Source: a bacterium (GTDB lineage Bacteria; SM23-31). Taken from it: DNA of 64,000 nucleotides. Below, piece after piece: positions 20,533 to 30,493 of the stretch. The stretch lies in assembly GCA_965249485.1 (NCBI GenBank), contig OZ252239.1, forward strand, positions 1,184,001-1,248,000, in the 5' to 3' direction. The notes below the pieces were generated by a model. It saw only the letters and a program-made list of their open reading frames with translations. It was not told the DNA's origin and ran no database searches. Within the stretch, counting starts at the first letter, position 1. Each line of letters starts with the position of its first letter. Position numbers and translations under genes: made by a program.

Positions 20533-20934
20533 TTGAAATTGATCGATAAACTCCGTGCACGGTGGGAAGCACGGCAATTCCTCAGCAGCCTCAAAAAAGC
20601 AACGGAGTCGGGACTGCCTGTAGAAATAACTTGTGAAGAAGTTAAGGAACTTCTCAACAATGGCACTGATTTCATTCTGCTCGATGTCCGGGAGAAACGG
20701 GAGTGGGATCTCGTAAAGATTGAGAATGCTGTTCTTTGCCCCATGAGTAACTTCATGTGTGACATGGAAAAACTTGACAGCTCGAAACTTATCGTTACCT
20801 ATTGCCATCACGGCATACGTAGTTTCCAGGCAATGTGCATCCTTCGCAATAACGGATTTGCTAATGTGCGCAACATGACCGGCGGTATCGACCTCTACGC
20901 ACAGAAGGTGGATACGGATATGAAGCGGTATTAA
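20533..20934 (+). CDS. Rhodanese-like sulfurtransferase domain protein
   Basis: LLDVREKREW, YCHHGIRS, NMTGGIDLYAQKVD; TTG start. Confidence 0.88.
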   Translation: MKLIDKLRARWEARQFLSSLKKATESGLPVEITCEEVKELLNNGTDFILLDVREKREWDLVKIENAVLCPMSNFMCDMEKLDSSKLIVTYCHHGIRSFQAMCILRNNGFANVRNMTGGIDLYAQKVDTDMKRY

Positions 20935-21023
20935 AATAAGAGACTCATATTTAAAGCATTAGAGTCGATTGCGGCATTTAATAATTGCAGATGATGTTAA
21001 TATAGAACTTGAAAAATAACTCA

Positions 21024-21540
21024 CTACCTATCCAAACACGTCACAACCTCGCCCACATACATTCGATGCATGGGAAATTCGGGGTGAAGAAACATTTCTT
21101 TGAGGATTGCAGGATTGAGAATGTTTTCCCGGACAAGGTCCTGCGTATAGATTTTTTTACATATGATCACGAGCCGTGCTTCTGAAAAATAGACTGTTCC
21201 CGACGGTCCCTCAACCGGTGTGATCCCTGCCTGTTCGACTTTATTCACATCCCGTCCCGAAATCTTTCCGCAGTACTTGAGCATCTCCCTATGTTTCGGA
21301 TCGAAAAATGAAAAGGTATAATTCCGATTTTTCCATGAATTTATACGTATACTGGTCGGGACGTACCTAACAGGTCGTCACGTTTCTCCGCCATAGATCG
21401 CCGAATCCGCCCCAGCTTCCGGTCATAGTATTGAACGAATCTAACGATCCCGCAGTCAACAGGAACCAGTCTCCGCCAAACAGTTTAAACGGACTGTCTT
21501 TGAGTTCTTCAGGTTTCAGTTCTTGAAATGGTGTTTCCAT
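21024..21540 (-). pseudogene. Flavin reductase-like protein, disrupted
   Basis: METPF...DWFLLTAG..FNTMTGSWGGFG.LW...C*VRPDQYTYKFMEKS with TAG at 21369-21367, then a frameshift near 21320 into YTFSFFDPKHREMLKYCGKISGRDVNK...HRMYVGEV. Confidence 0.85.
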
Positions 21541-21586
21541 AGTAACCTCAATAATACCATACGTGCTAATCAGTTTTTATCTATTG

Positions 21587-22873
21587 TTACGTAATAGATT
21601 TAAGCGATTTTTCGTGCGCTTCTATCGTCTTGTCAATATCGTCTTCCGTATGTGCTGTTGAGATAAATCCGGCTTCAAACTGTGACGGTGCCATATAGAT
21701 ACCTTCCTCGAGCATCGCTTTGAAATACCGCGCGAACCGTTCGGTATCACAGCTCATTGCAGAATCAAGATCGGTCACCGGTGTCCCGGTAAAGAACCGG
21801 CACATCATCCCGCCGATTCGGTTTTGCTGCATGGGGATGCCGTGCTTTTCAGCACCTTGTGCAATACCATCAGCAAGCTGTGTGGCTAATTTTTCGAAGT
21901 GTGGATAGGGATTTTCGTCTTTAAGCGTCTTTACTGTTGTCAGCCCTGCCGCCATGGCAAGCGGATTTCCGGCGAGTGTTCCCGCCTGATAGATCGGACC
22001 GTCCGGTGCGATGGTGTCCATAATATCTGTCCGTCCGCCGTACGCTCCTACTGGCAGCCCTCCGCCGATAATCTTGCCGAGACAGGTCAGATCGGGTTTG
22101 ATACCGTATAGTTCCTGCGCACCGCCGAGTGCAACTCTGAATCCAGTTATCACTTCATCAAAAATCAAGACAATTCCAGCTTCATCGGAAATCATCCGCA
22201 GCCTTTCGAGAAATCCATCTGCCGGAGGGATGACTCCGGTGTTTCCGGCAATCGGTTCGACAATAATCGCAGCAATCTGCTCCGGGTTTGATTCAGCGAT
22301 TTTTTGAACCGATTCAATATGGTTGAACTGAGCGACTAGAGTGTCGGATGCGGTTCCCTTTGTGACCCCCGGATTGCCCGGAATTCCGAGTGTTAGTGCA
22401 CCGGAACCCGCCTTGATGAGAAAGCTGTCGCTGTGACCGTGATAGCACCCGTCGAATTTAATAATCTTATCCCGCCCGGTAAATCCCCGCGCAAGACGGA
22501 CCGCGCTCATGGTTGCTTCGGTACCCGAATTGACCATGCGAACTTTGTCAATGGATGGGTATATGTCGGTAATAAGCCGTGCAAGTTCGATCTCTAATTC
22601 AGTCGATGCTCCATAGCTCGTTCCGTTTTTTGCCGCTTCGGAGACAGCTTCCACAACTCTCGGATGAGCATGGCCGAGAATAAGCGGTCCCCACGATGCG
22701 ACATAATCGATGTATTTGTTTCCGTCCGCATCATAAACATTAGGCCCTTCAGCCCGGCTGATAAAGAGCGGATCCATATTGACTGACTTGAATGCGCGGA
22801 CCGGCGAATTCACTCCGCCCGGCATATACTTTTTCGCTTCTGCAAAAAGTTTTGATGAATTTTCATATATCAT
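21587..22873 (-). CDS. hemL: Glutamate-1-semialdehyde 2,1-aminomutase
   Basis: MPGGVNSPVRAF, NSGTEATMSA, FDEVITGFR, GKIIGGGLPVGAYGG, PSQFEAGF. Confidence 0.97.
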   Translation of the reverse strand: MIYENSSKLFAEAKKYMPGGVNSPVRAFKSVNMDPLFISRAEGPNVYDADGNKYIDYVASWGPLILGHAHPRVVEAVSEAAKNGTSYGASTELEIELARLITDIYPSIDKVRMVNSGTEATMSAVRLARGFTGRDKIIKFDGCYHGHSDSFLIKAGSGALTLGIPGNPGVTKGTASDTLVAQFNHIESVQKIAESNPEQIAAIIVEPIAGNTGVIPPADGFLERLRMISDEAGIVLIFDEVITGFRVALGGAQELYGIKPDLTCLGKIIGGGLPVGAYGGRTDIMDTIAPDGPIYQAGTLAGNPLAMAAGLTTVKTLKDENPYPHFEKLATQLADGIAQGAEKHGIPMQQNRIGGMMCRFFTGTPVTDLDSAMSCDTERFARYFKAMLEEGIYMAPSQFEAGFISTAHTEDDIDKTIEAHEKSLKSIT

Positions 22874-22929
22874 TTTGATTCCTTAGACAAACTTATCTCT
22901 TTATATAACTATTTTCAATAGTTTTGAAT

Positions 22930-23373
22930 TGTCATTGCGAGGAACGAAGTGACGTGGCAATCTCTGACATGTAATGACGATAAGTTTTATTCAAATAAAT
23001 CGTTCCAGCTCCTAATTATGTCCAGTAACAAGTTCTATTTTTCGTTTCCGCGGCCACTTTTTTATCTGTTTTTCCCGTAGTATTGCTTCATTAGCAGATT
23101 GGAACTCCTCAAAATGAACGAGTTTAGTAATGTTGTACGCATTGGTGAATCCCTTTATTAATTTGTTTTTGTGTTCGGTTACTCTTCTGTTGAGGTTATT
23201 TGTCATCCCAGTGTAAATAACAGAGTTAATCTTGTTCGTCACTAAATAGACATAATACGTCCGCTGCATTTTAAAGATTTTTCCTGACAAAAATTACGTT
23301 TGAATAACTTTTGTGCGCTATGCTACTCAGAGATTGCCACAGCTTTCGAGGATTCGAAAGCTTCGCAATGACA
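22930..23373. mobile_element. Palindromic (REP/RPE-like) element enclosing a GIY-YIG nuclease gene
   Basis: Left arm tgtcattgcga..gtggcaatctctga (22930-22967) pairs with right arm tcagagattgccac..tcgcaatgaca (23327-23373) through perfect 11-bp and 14-bp inverted repeats. Confidence 0.7.
23012..23269 (-). CDS. GIY-YIG nuclease family protein (UPF0213-like), probably frameshifted at C-terminus
   Basis: YYVYLVTN..NSVIYTGMTNNLNRRVTEHK, FTNAYNITKLVHFE, AILREKQIKKW.R.RKIEL. The family-like tail (SWNDLFE*) lies in another frame just after the stop. Confidence 0.85.
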   Translation of the reverse strand: MQRTYYVYLVTNKINSVIYTGMTNNLNRRVTEHKNKLIKGFTNAYNITKLVHFEEFQSANEAILREKQIKKWPRKRKIELVTGHN

Positions 23374-23505
23374 TACAGAATAATAAATTGGGTAAAATTA
23401 TTGTGGCTGTTAAGAATATTAAGAAATTATTTTGTTTGCGTTTTAATTATATCCAGCTGCTTTTACTTCCATATCATGTCTCAGACGTTGTTATAAAAAC
23501 AGATA

Positions 23506-24477
23506 CTATTTCAACAGTACCGCGGCATCTTTCGCGAAATAGGTCAGAATGAGATCTGCACCGGCGCGTTTGATGCTGGTCAATGATTCCATTACAACCC
23601 GGTCTTCATCGAGCCAGCCTTTTGCTGCCGCTGCCTTGATCATCGAATATTCACCACTCACATTATACGCCGCTACAGGAATAAAGAATTCCTGTTTGAC
23701 CCGGCTTATAATATCAAGATAAGGAAGAGCAGGCTTGACCATGATAATATCGGCGCCCTCATCAATATCGAGCGCAGTCTCTCTGAGCGCTTCTTCTGCA
23801 TTCGGAGGGTCCATCTGATAGGACTTTCGGTCACCGAACTGCGGTGTTGAATCCGCTGCATAGCGGAACGGGCCGTAAAACGCCGAAGAATATTTCGCTG
23901 CATACGCCATAATCGGGGTGTTGGAAAAATCTTCAACATCGAGCAGATCACGGATGTAACCGATTCGTCCATCCATCATATCGGACGGAGCTACCATATC
24001 TGCCCCGGCACGTACATGGCTCAACGCTGTTTTTCCGAGTAATTCAAGTGTTTTGTCATTGTCAACTCCACCATCAACAATTTCACCGCAGTGGCCATGG
24101 TCCGTATACTCACACATACACACATCGGTAATCAGCACGAGTGACGAAACCGCCTTTTTCACAGCACGGAGTGCCTCCTGTACGATCCCATCATCAGCAT
24201 ATCCCTCTTTGCCGAGCGGATCTTTGTGCTCTGGAATACCAAAAAGGATCACCGCCGGAATACCAAGCTGTTCGACAGTTTTACATTCTTTGACCAGTTC
24301 ATCGACCGACAACCTGAATTGTCCAGGCATTGATGGAATTTCTGCTTTGACCTTTTTTCCGGGGCATACAAAAAGCGGGTAGATCAGATCATCGATGGAC
24401 AATTTTGTTTCGCGTACCATTCTCCGCAGGGTTTCATTCGTGCGGAGGCGCCGCAGCCGTGTAATTGGAAATGTCAT
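23506..24477 (-). CDS. hemB: Porphobilinogen synthase (Zn-binding Cys type)
   Basis: [47 protein letters not shown]. Confidence 0.97.
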   Translation of the reverse strand: MTFPITRLRRLRTNETLRRMVRETKLSIDDLIYPLFVCPGKKVKAEIPSMPGQFRLSVDELVKECKTVEQLGIPAVILFGIPEHKDPLGKEGYADDGIVQEALRAVKKAVSSLVLITDVCMCEYTDHGHCGEIVDGGVDNDKTLELLGKTALSHVRAGADMVAPSDMMDGRIGYIRDLLDVEDFSNTPIMAYAAKYSSAFYGPFRYAADSTPQFGDRKSYQMDPPNAEEALRETALDIDEGADIIMVKPALPYLDIISRVKQEFFIPVAAYNVSGEYSMIKAAAAKGWLDEDRVVMESLTSIKRAGADLILTYFAKDAAVLLK

Positions 24478-24487
24478 ATTTTCCCCA

Positions 24488-25270
24488 TTATATTTTTTGA
24501 AAGTACTCTATTGCTGCATTGACCAGGCCGGATACCGACTGAACTGGTGATTCGACAACCGGTTCAATTCCATAAGACCTAAGTGTCTTTGTTGTCACTG
24601 GACCGATACTCGCAACAGTCATTTTAGAAATTACTGCTGTTCGATCTATTCCGGTAATGAATCGCATTATGGCATCTACAGCAGATGAACTCATAAACGT
24701 TACCATATCGATTCTGCCGCTCCTGAACAACCCAGTTATCTCATCAGCCGGGTAGGCAACGGAAGTTGTTTGGTATACTGTAATCCGCGTGATTTCTGCT
24801 CCTTTGTTATTGAGACCGCCAGGCAATGTGTCGCGTGCAATGTTCCCCATCGGAAACAAAAACTTCATCCCCGAAATTTTATGAATTTTTTGTGTGAATT
24901 CGTGCAGAAATCCAGCCGCTGTTGCTATTTCCGGCTCTAAGTCGGTATCAAATCCAGCCTCTGCAAGTGCCGCTGTTGTTGCTGCTCCGATAGTACCGAA
25001 CCTGACAGTCTTAAATTGATCTGCGTGTATACCTAGCGTTTTCAACCTTGAGTCGAAAGCCTGAACACCATTTGCACTCGTAAAGATGATCCAGTCAAAA
25101 TCATCAGGCTTTTGGAGGTGTTTGTCAAATTCTGCATAATCATTTGCCGGTTGAATAGCAATCATCGGTTTATGAGTAACCTCGGCACCAAGCGATTTGA
25201 ATAGTTCGATCTGCTGCAGTGCCTGGTCAGCCGGCTGGGTAACAACAATCCGTTTTCCGGAATGAGTCAT
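24488..25270 (-). CDS. hemD: Uroporphyrinogen-III synthase
   Basis: [31 protein letters not shown]; lies in the hem operon. Confidence 0.92.
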   Translation of the reverse strand: MTHSGKRIVVTQPADQALQQIELFKSLGAEVTHKPMIAIQPANDYAEFDKHLQKPDDFDWIIFTSANGVQAFDSRLKTLGIHADQFKTVRFGTIGAATTAALAEAGFDTDLEPEIATAAGFLHEFTQKIHKISGMKFLFPMGNIARDTLPGGLNNKGAEITRITVYQTTSVAYPADEITGLFRSGRIDMVTFMSSSAVDAIMRFITGIDRTAVISKMTVASIGPVTTKTLRSYGIEPVVESPVQSVSGLVNAAIEYFQKI

Positions 25271-26215
25271 TTATGTTCCTGCGTCGGTACTGCTGCTCCG
25301 ATACGACTCTAAAATAGCACTGCCGCCGGCGTCGAGTATAGTTTTTGCAAGTTGTTCACCAACCTGTTCCGGCTCATCGGGATCACCTTGAAGTGATTGT
25401 CTTACAAGCTTCGAACCGTCCTGCGTGGCAACTGCACCGGTCAATATCAGCTTATTACCGGATAATTGTCCGATACACCCTGCCGGGACCTGACAGCCTC
25501 CCTGAAGTACTCGTAAATAACTCCGCTCGGCTGCTGTAACGGCTGCAAGAGTCGTATTATTTATTTTTGAACACAATTTTACTATTTTTTTGTCGTTAGA
25601 CCGCACCTGAACAGCAAGAGTTCCCTGTCCGATTGCGGGCAGAAGAATTTCTACGGGAATGAGTGATGAGATATGATTGGAAAGACCGAGTCGCTTCAGT
25701 CCGGCCGCTGCAAGAATCAACGCATTGGCGTCAGAATTATGAAGTTTTTTTATCCTTGTTTCGACATTGCCGCGTACGTCTTCGATCCGGAAATCAGGCC
25801 GGTAATGGAGCAGCTGCGCTTTTCTCCTCGGACTCCCGGTCAGAATTTTTGCTCCTTCCTGCAGATCGTCAAGTGATTCTCCGTTTTTCGCAATCAAAGC
25901 ATCATGAAAATCTTCCCGGACAGGAACAGCGCCGATAGTTAGTCCTTTCGGCAGGACAGTTTCAAGATCTTTCATACTGTGGACTGCTATGTCGATTTTC
26001 TTATCAAGGAGCGCTTTTTCAATTTCTTTTGTAAAGACTCCCGTGGCGCCGAGTTTTTCAAGCGGAACCGATGTGTCGGCATCCCCAGTTGTTTTGATCG
26101 GCACAATAGTGATCGATAAGGATGAGTTAATTGCTCTCAGAAGATCTGACACATAATCTGTCTGCCAACGGGCCAATTTGCTGTTCCGTGTTCCTATTCT
26201 TACCGTATCTTTCAT
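25271..26215 (-). CDS. hemC: Hydroxymethylbilane synthase
   Basis: IGTRNSKLARWQ, GVFTKEIE, AVHSMKD, RGNVETR, GGCQVP. Confidence 0.96.
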   Translation of the reverse strand: MKDTVRIGTRNSKLARWQTDYVSDLLRAINSSLSITIVPIKTTGDADTSVPLEKLGATGVFTKEIEKALLDKKIDIAVHSMKDLETVLPKGLTIGAVPVREDFHDALIAKNGESLDDLQEGAKILTGSPRRKAQLLHYRPDFRIEDVRGNVETRIKKLHNSDANALILAAAGLKRLGLSNHISSLIPVEILLPAIGQGTLAVQVRSNDKKIVKLCSKINNTTLAAVTAAERSYLRVLQGGCQVPAGCIGQLSGNKLILTGAVATQDGSKLVRQSLQGDPDEPEQVGEQLAKTILDAGGSAILESYRSSSTDAGT

Positions 26216-27489
26216 TGCTTTGTGTCGTCCTGAGTGTCATCAAGGTTAAAGAATTTTTTGAGAATGTCAGCTTCTTCAAAACCACGTGCCGATTTTGCCG
26301 AATCTTTCAGACGCAAGATCGGCTCCTTAAGCAGTTTTTTAATAATACTCCTGGTCAGAAGGTCAATTTGTTCTTTGTCTGCTCCGGTTATTTTGGATTC
26401 ATTATGGACAATTTCATCATGTCTGATAGATTCAAACCGCTCCTGAAGCTTCTGTATAACCGGCAGAACTCCAATAGTACTGTACCAGTCGAAAAATTCT
26501 TTATGCTCTTGTTCGATGATTGCCAGAGCAGCCTGAACTTCGTGCTGCCGCTGCTCAAAATTTGATTCGACGATTTCTTTCAGGTCATCAATGTCGTATA
26601 GAAACACATTGTAGATGGAATTAACTGAAGGATCAACATCACGCGGTGCGCCAAGGTCAATGAAAAAAAGTGGACGGTTTTTTCTTTCTTTCATTACTTT
26701 TTCAATTTGTTCCGAAGCAACAGTATAGTCCTCTGCACCAATACATGTCACAACAACATCGGTATCGGAAAGTGTACCTGTGATTTCATTAAATCTGATA
26801 GCAGTCCCTTGAATTTGTGCAGCAAGTTTTTCGGCGCGTTCAAACGTCCTGTTGGTGATATACACCTTTGCAATGCTCCGCTCTTCGAAGTGGCGCGCTG
26901 TGAGAGTACCTGTCTCTCCAGCGCCGATAACCAACAAGTTCTTGTTCGAAAGATCGCCGAATATTTTTCGCGCCATCTCGACTGCCGCAAATGATATAGA
27001 GATACTTCCTTCTCCTATTTTGGTCTCTGTCCGTATCCGTTTTGTGACCGAAAATGTTCTGGAAAATAATCTGTTCAGAATTGAATTGGTATTCTTGTTC
27101 GCCGCCGCATCTTGATAAGCGGACTTCACCTGACCGAATACTTGCGGTTCTCCGAGTGCCAGTGAATCGAGACCGGAGGAGACTTTAAAAAGGTGATTGA
27201 CTGCTTCTTCGTTTGTGTAGTAATAGAGAAAATCGTTTAATGATGTATCGTTTTCGTGATAGAGTGATGAAAACAGCTCATAAGGATTAACCTGTTTTTC
27301 CTGTGATACTGCAAATGTTCCGTACAGTTCTGTCCTGTTGCATGTTGAAACGATACAGCTTTCAAGAAGATAAGGATTATTCTTGAGCCGATTCAAAGTA
27401 TCGATTAAATCCTCTGACTTTATTGCCGCCTTGTCACGGACTGAGACCGGTGCGGTATTATGACTCAACCCGACTACAAATAATTTCAT
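26212..27489 (-). CDS. hemA: Glutamyl-tRNA reductase
   Basis: GLSHNTAPV, STCNRTE, GLDSLALGEPQVFGQVK, IGAGETG, DLGAPRD. Confidence 0.96.
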   Translation of the reverse strand: MKLFVVGLSHNTAPVSVRDKAAIKSEDLIDTLNRLKNNPYLLESCIVSTCNRTELYGTFAVSQEKQVNPYELFSSLYHENDTSLNDFLYYYTNEEAVNHLFKVSSGLDSLALGEPQVFGQVKSAYQDAAANKNTNSILNRLFSRTFSVTKRIRTETKIGEGSISISFAAVEMARKIFGDLSNKNLLVIGAGETGTLTARHFEERSIAKVYITNRTFERAEKLAAQIQGTAIRFNEITGTLSDTDVVVTCIGAEDYTVASEQIEKVMKERKNRPLFFIDLGAPRDVDPSVNSIYNVFLYDIDDLKEIVESNFEQRQHEVQAALAIIEQEHKEFFDWYSTIGVLPVIQKLQERFESIRHDEIVHNESKITGADKEQIDLLTRSIIKKLLKEPILRLKDSAKSARGFEEADILKKFFNLDDTQDDTKQ

Positions 27490-27557
27490 GCTATCTATTG
27501 TGAGGAGATCACTATTCTCCGATTATTCATACGAACATGTTAAGATTGGATTTATCC

Positions 27558-28349
27558 TTATAATGTCATAAAAAACAGAAGAAGTAAAATGCCGCCAAAC
27601 ACAGAAATATAGGCAACACGTTTTCCCTGCCATCCGCTTAAATAGCGGAGTTGGATGGACAAACCATAAAGAACCCACGGCACAAATCCGGCGATAAGCT
27701 TCGGATTGAAACTATCCTGATCTTCCCATGCACTTGCTGCCCACAGTGAACCGCTCACCACCCCGATTGTCAACAGTGTAAAGCCGGTAATAACCGCTTT
27801 TGTATTCAGTTTGTCCAGCCCATCCAGATCAGGTATTTTTCGAAAAATAATCCCGATCTTTTTTGATTTTATTTGAGAATACATCAGGAGATACATCATC
27901 CCATATTTCATAGCAATCAGAAATGCTGCATAACCCAGAATCGATGGAATAGTGTGCAGTGCAAAATAGGGACTGGCGAGAATCGGATTAAATGATTCAA
28001 CCGGCTCTAAAAAGAGTGCTGCTATAAATTGCAGAATAAATATAACCGGGTAGAGAAAGAGCCCTGTTCCGGACTCTTTTGATGTGTAATGGATAAATAT
28101 ATACGTTGCAGTAAGAACAAAAGCAGTAAATGTCACCGCTTCTAAGGGCGATGCCAGCGGAAGCCTGGGAGCACTCCACACCATTTGTGTGATATAGAAC
28201 AAATGAATTGCAGCAGTTACAACAGCAAGTGACCGCACAGGAATCTTGAGGTCTTCCTTCTCCGATCGAAATAATACACCGCACATGATGGAAACCAGTA
28301 GATACAATCCGGCTATAACGAATCCCAATAATGAAAACAGAGTATCCAT
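27558..28349 (-). CDS. Cytochrome c assembly (CcsA/HemX-like) membrane protein
   Basis: Multi-TM; PLASPLEA, LHT, GFTLLTIGVVSGSLWA, WQGKRVAY; leads the hemA operon. Confidence 0.85.
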   Translation of the reverse strand: MDTLFSLLGFVIAGLYLLVSIMCGVLFRSEKEDLKIPVRSLAVVTAAIHLFYITQMVWSAPRLPLASPLEAVTFTAFVLTATYIFIHYTSKESGTGLFLYPVIFILQFIAALFLEPVESFNPILASPYFALHTIPSILGYAAFLIAMKYGMMYLLMYSQIKSKKIGIIFRKIPDLDGLDKLNTKAVITGFTLLTIGVVSGSLWAASAWEDQDSFNPKLIAGFVPWVLYGLSIQLRYLSGWQGKRVAYISVFGGILLLLFFMTL

Positions 28350-28460
28350 ATCATTCGCACCTGTGTTAAGGTGATTGTGGTAAAACAGCAACAAAAAATG
28401 TACACCATTTCATGGAGAAATGCAAGCCTATTGTCCTGGAGAAAGCAGGGGAAATAACAC

Positions 28461-28489
28461 TTGAATAAGTAGGATTATTTTCGTACAAT
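28461..28489 (+). promoter_or_regulatory. Putative sigma70 promoter (divergent partner on minus strand at 28397-28425)
   Basis: Plus strand TTGAAT-17-TACAAT; minus strand TTGCAT-17-TACATT with extended TG. Confidence 0.5.
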
Positions 28490-28542
28490 TTGTCCTTTTA
28501 TCGATAGATTGTTGACTGAACTACTAACGGTATTATCTGTTC

Positions 28543-29514
28543 ATGAATTTTCTAAAACAGTTTCGTATACGTACCGAAAGCTCGCACCGGTGGAAATTGT
28601 ATTTGTTTGCAGGTATAGTATTATACTACGTTATTGTCAACCAATTTATCATGCTGCGACCTGATCATGTCTTCCTTACACTCTTCCTTCTAACGTTTTT
28701 GTTCGGTGGTAATAAAGCAAAGCGGTTTCTCATCGATTGGCTTCCGTATATCGGATTCTGGATTGCCTACGATATGATGCGGGGTGTTGCAGAAGGTTGG
28801 AAAGGGTATATCAATATTCGGGAGGTGTACGATACCGAAATATTGCTGTTCGGCAGATTTTTTAATGACACACTTCCCGCATTCTGGTTTCAGCAATTTC
28901 AGCAGGCAAACGAGGTTTATTTCTGGAAGCAGATTATCGATCTTCTTGCTGCTAACCTCTACAGCGCACATTTTTATGGCCCGCTTATTCTAGGTTGGCT
29001 GCTCTGGCACACCTACGATGACCGGAGATCTTACTACCGTTTTGTATGGACATTGACCGTTTTAAACGCTATGGCACTCATTACTTTTTTGATCTATCCT
29101 GCGGCACCACCGTGGTATGTTTTGCGGCACGGATTTGTGCAGCCCGTTGGTGAAATTTTCGGCATGGAGGGGGGACTTATCAATATAGACAATATGATCG
29201 AAATGAAGTTATTTTCGACCGTATGGAGAAATATGAATTCGAACCTTTTCGCAGCAATCCCATCATTGCACGGTGCCTATCCGATGGCGGTCTCATTCTT
29301 TGCCTGGTTTAAGTTCAAAAGATATCCACTACTCCTCATTCTTTATCCGATCCTCGTTTGGTGGTCGACTGTCTATCTGAACCACCACTATATTATAGAT
29401 CTAATTATTGGAGCAGTGTATGTAGGGATCGCCTACCTGATAAACCAATATATTTTAATGCCCTATGTATTTGATCCGCTGCTGTTTCGGAAACGGAAAC
29501 CCGATAATAAGTGA
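28543..29514 (+). CDS. PAP2-superfamily (Aur1/inositol-phosphorylceramide synthase-like) membrane enzyme
   Basis: YPAAPPWY, FAAIPSLHGAYP, VYLNHHYIIDLIIG. Confidence 0.85.
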   Translation: MNFLKQFRIRTESSHRWKLYLFAGIVLYYVIVNQFIMLRPDHVFLTLFLLTFLFGGNKAKRFLIDWLPYIGFWIAYDMMRGVAEGWKGYINIREVYDTEILLFGRFFNDTLPAFWFQQFQQANEVYFWKQIIDLLAANLYSAHFYGPLILGWLLWHTYDDRRSYYRFVWTLTVLNAMALITFLIYPAAPPWYVLRHGFVQPVGEIFGMEGGLINIDNMIEMKLFSTVWRNMNSNLFAAIPSLHGAYPMAVSFFAWFKFKRYPLLLILYPILVWWSTVYLNHHYIIDLIIGAVYVGIAYLINQYILMPYVFDPLLFRKRKPDNK

Positions 29515-29539
29515 TCCGTTGTTAAAATCTTACCGGAAT

Positions 29540-30493
29540 TTACAGACCTGTCTGCTTGTAGGCTTCAAACACAATAGACAAATCTCTTTTTGCTCGTGGG
29601 AAGTTGGAGTAGGGTGTGTGTACAGGACTGTGCAGACACAGCAGAAAATCCTGTGTCATAGCGTGATATCCTCCGATATCTTTTAAGGATGGAAAAGTGA
29701 GTTTCCGTTTTCCGTGAGCATGTACCAGAATGTAAATTCCATTACTCTCAAACACTATTCTGCCTTCTGTACCGGCGATTGTCGAGTGCTGGAAAATCCC
29801 TTTTGTCAAACTATGAGTTTCCCACGAATAACGGAGAGTAGCAGAAACATCATTCTGATACCGCAATGTAAGAACAGAACTCTTTTCAGGTGATGAAGAA
29901 CTGATATTCGAAAATTCAGCCTCGATCGTTTCTGGTGAGTCTTCAAGTATTCCGGATAACAAAGCGACAAAATGAATTCCACCTTCATGCAAAGCTCCAT
30001 ACGCTTTTTTCCATCCTGAAGGCGGTGCCATGAATTCTTTCCGAATTAAAATATCGATAATCCGGCCGATTGCATTTTCTTGAATTAACTTTTTTATCGC
30101 CGTCAGTAAAGGTTTGTAATAGTAGTTCTCAGCGACCATCAATCGTTCAGGCTGGCCATGTGCAGCGACCTCAATTTCATCAAATTCCTGTGCTGAATTA
30201 CAGAGCGGCTTCTCAACAAGAACGTACTTTCCTGCCTGAAGCGCCTCAATAGTCTGGACTTTATGATACTCCGGTGGTGAAGCGATCACAACCGCATCAA
30301 CCTTACTTGAGGAAATGACCTCATCATAATTGGTAAAAATACCGACACCGCTGAATTTCCGGTTAAATTGTTCTGAACTCTGTGTAGTCCGGCTGTAGAA
30401 CATCAGATTTGTAGAGCGTGACAAATTTTTTGCATGGAGAGCACCGATTGCTCCGCATCCGGCAATACATACGGTTTTTTTACGAGAAGTCAT
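29540..30493 (-). CDS. Gfo/Idh/MocA oxidoreductase
   Basis: IAGCGAIG, VLVEKP, MVAENY, EGGIHF. Confidence 0.88.
   Translation of the reverse strand: MTSRKKTVCIAGCGAIGALHAKNLSRSTNLMFYSRTTQSSEQFNRKFSGVGIFTNYDEVISSSKVDAVVIASPPEYHKVQTIEALQAGKYVLVEKPLCNSAQEFDEIEVAAHGQPERLMVAENYYYKPLLTAIKKLIQENAIGRIIDILIRKEFMAPPSGWKKAYGALHEGGIHFVALLSGILEDSPETIEAEFSNISSSSPEKSSVLTLRYQNDVSATLRYSWETHSLTKGIFQHSTIAGTEGRIVFESNGIYILVHAHGKRKLTFPSLKDIGGYHAMTQDFLLCLHSPVHTPYSNFPRAKRDLSIVFEAYKQTGL

Noticed and set aside
23311..23552. Two short plus-strand ORFs
   Set aside because: They run through the palindromic arm and AT-rich spacer, opposite to the operon.
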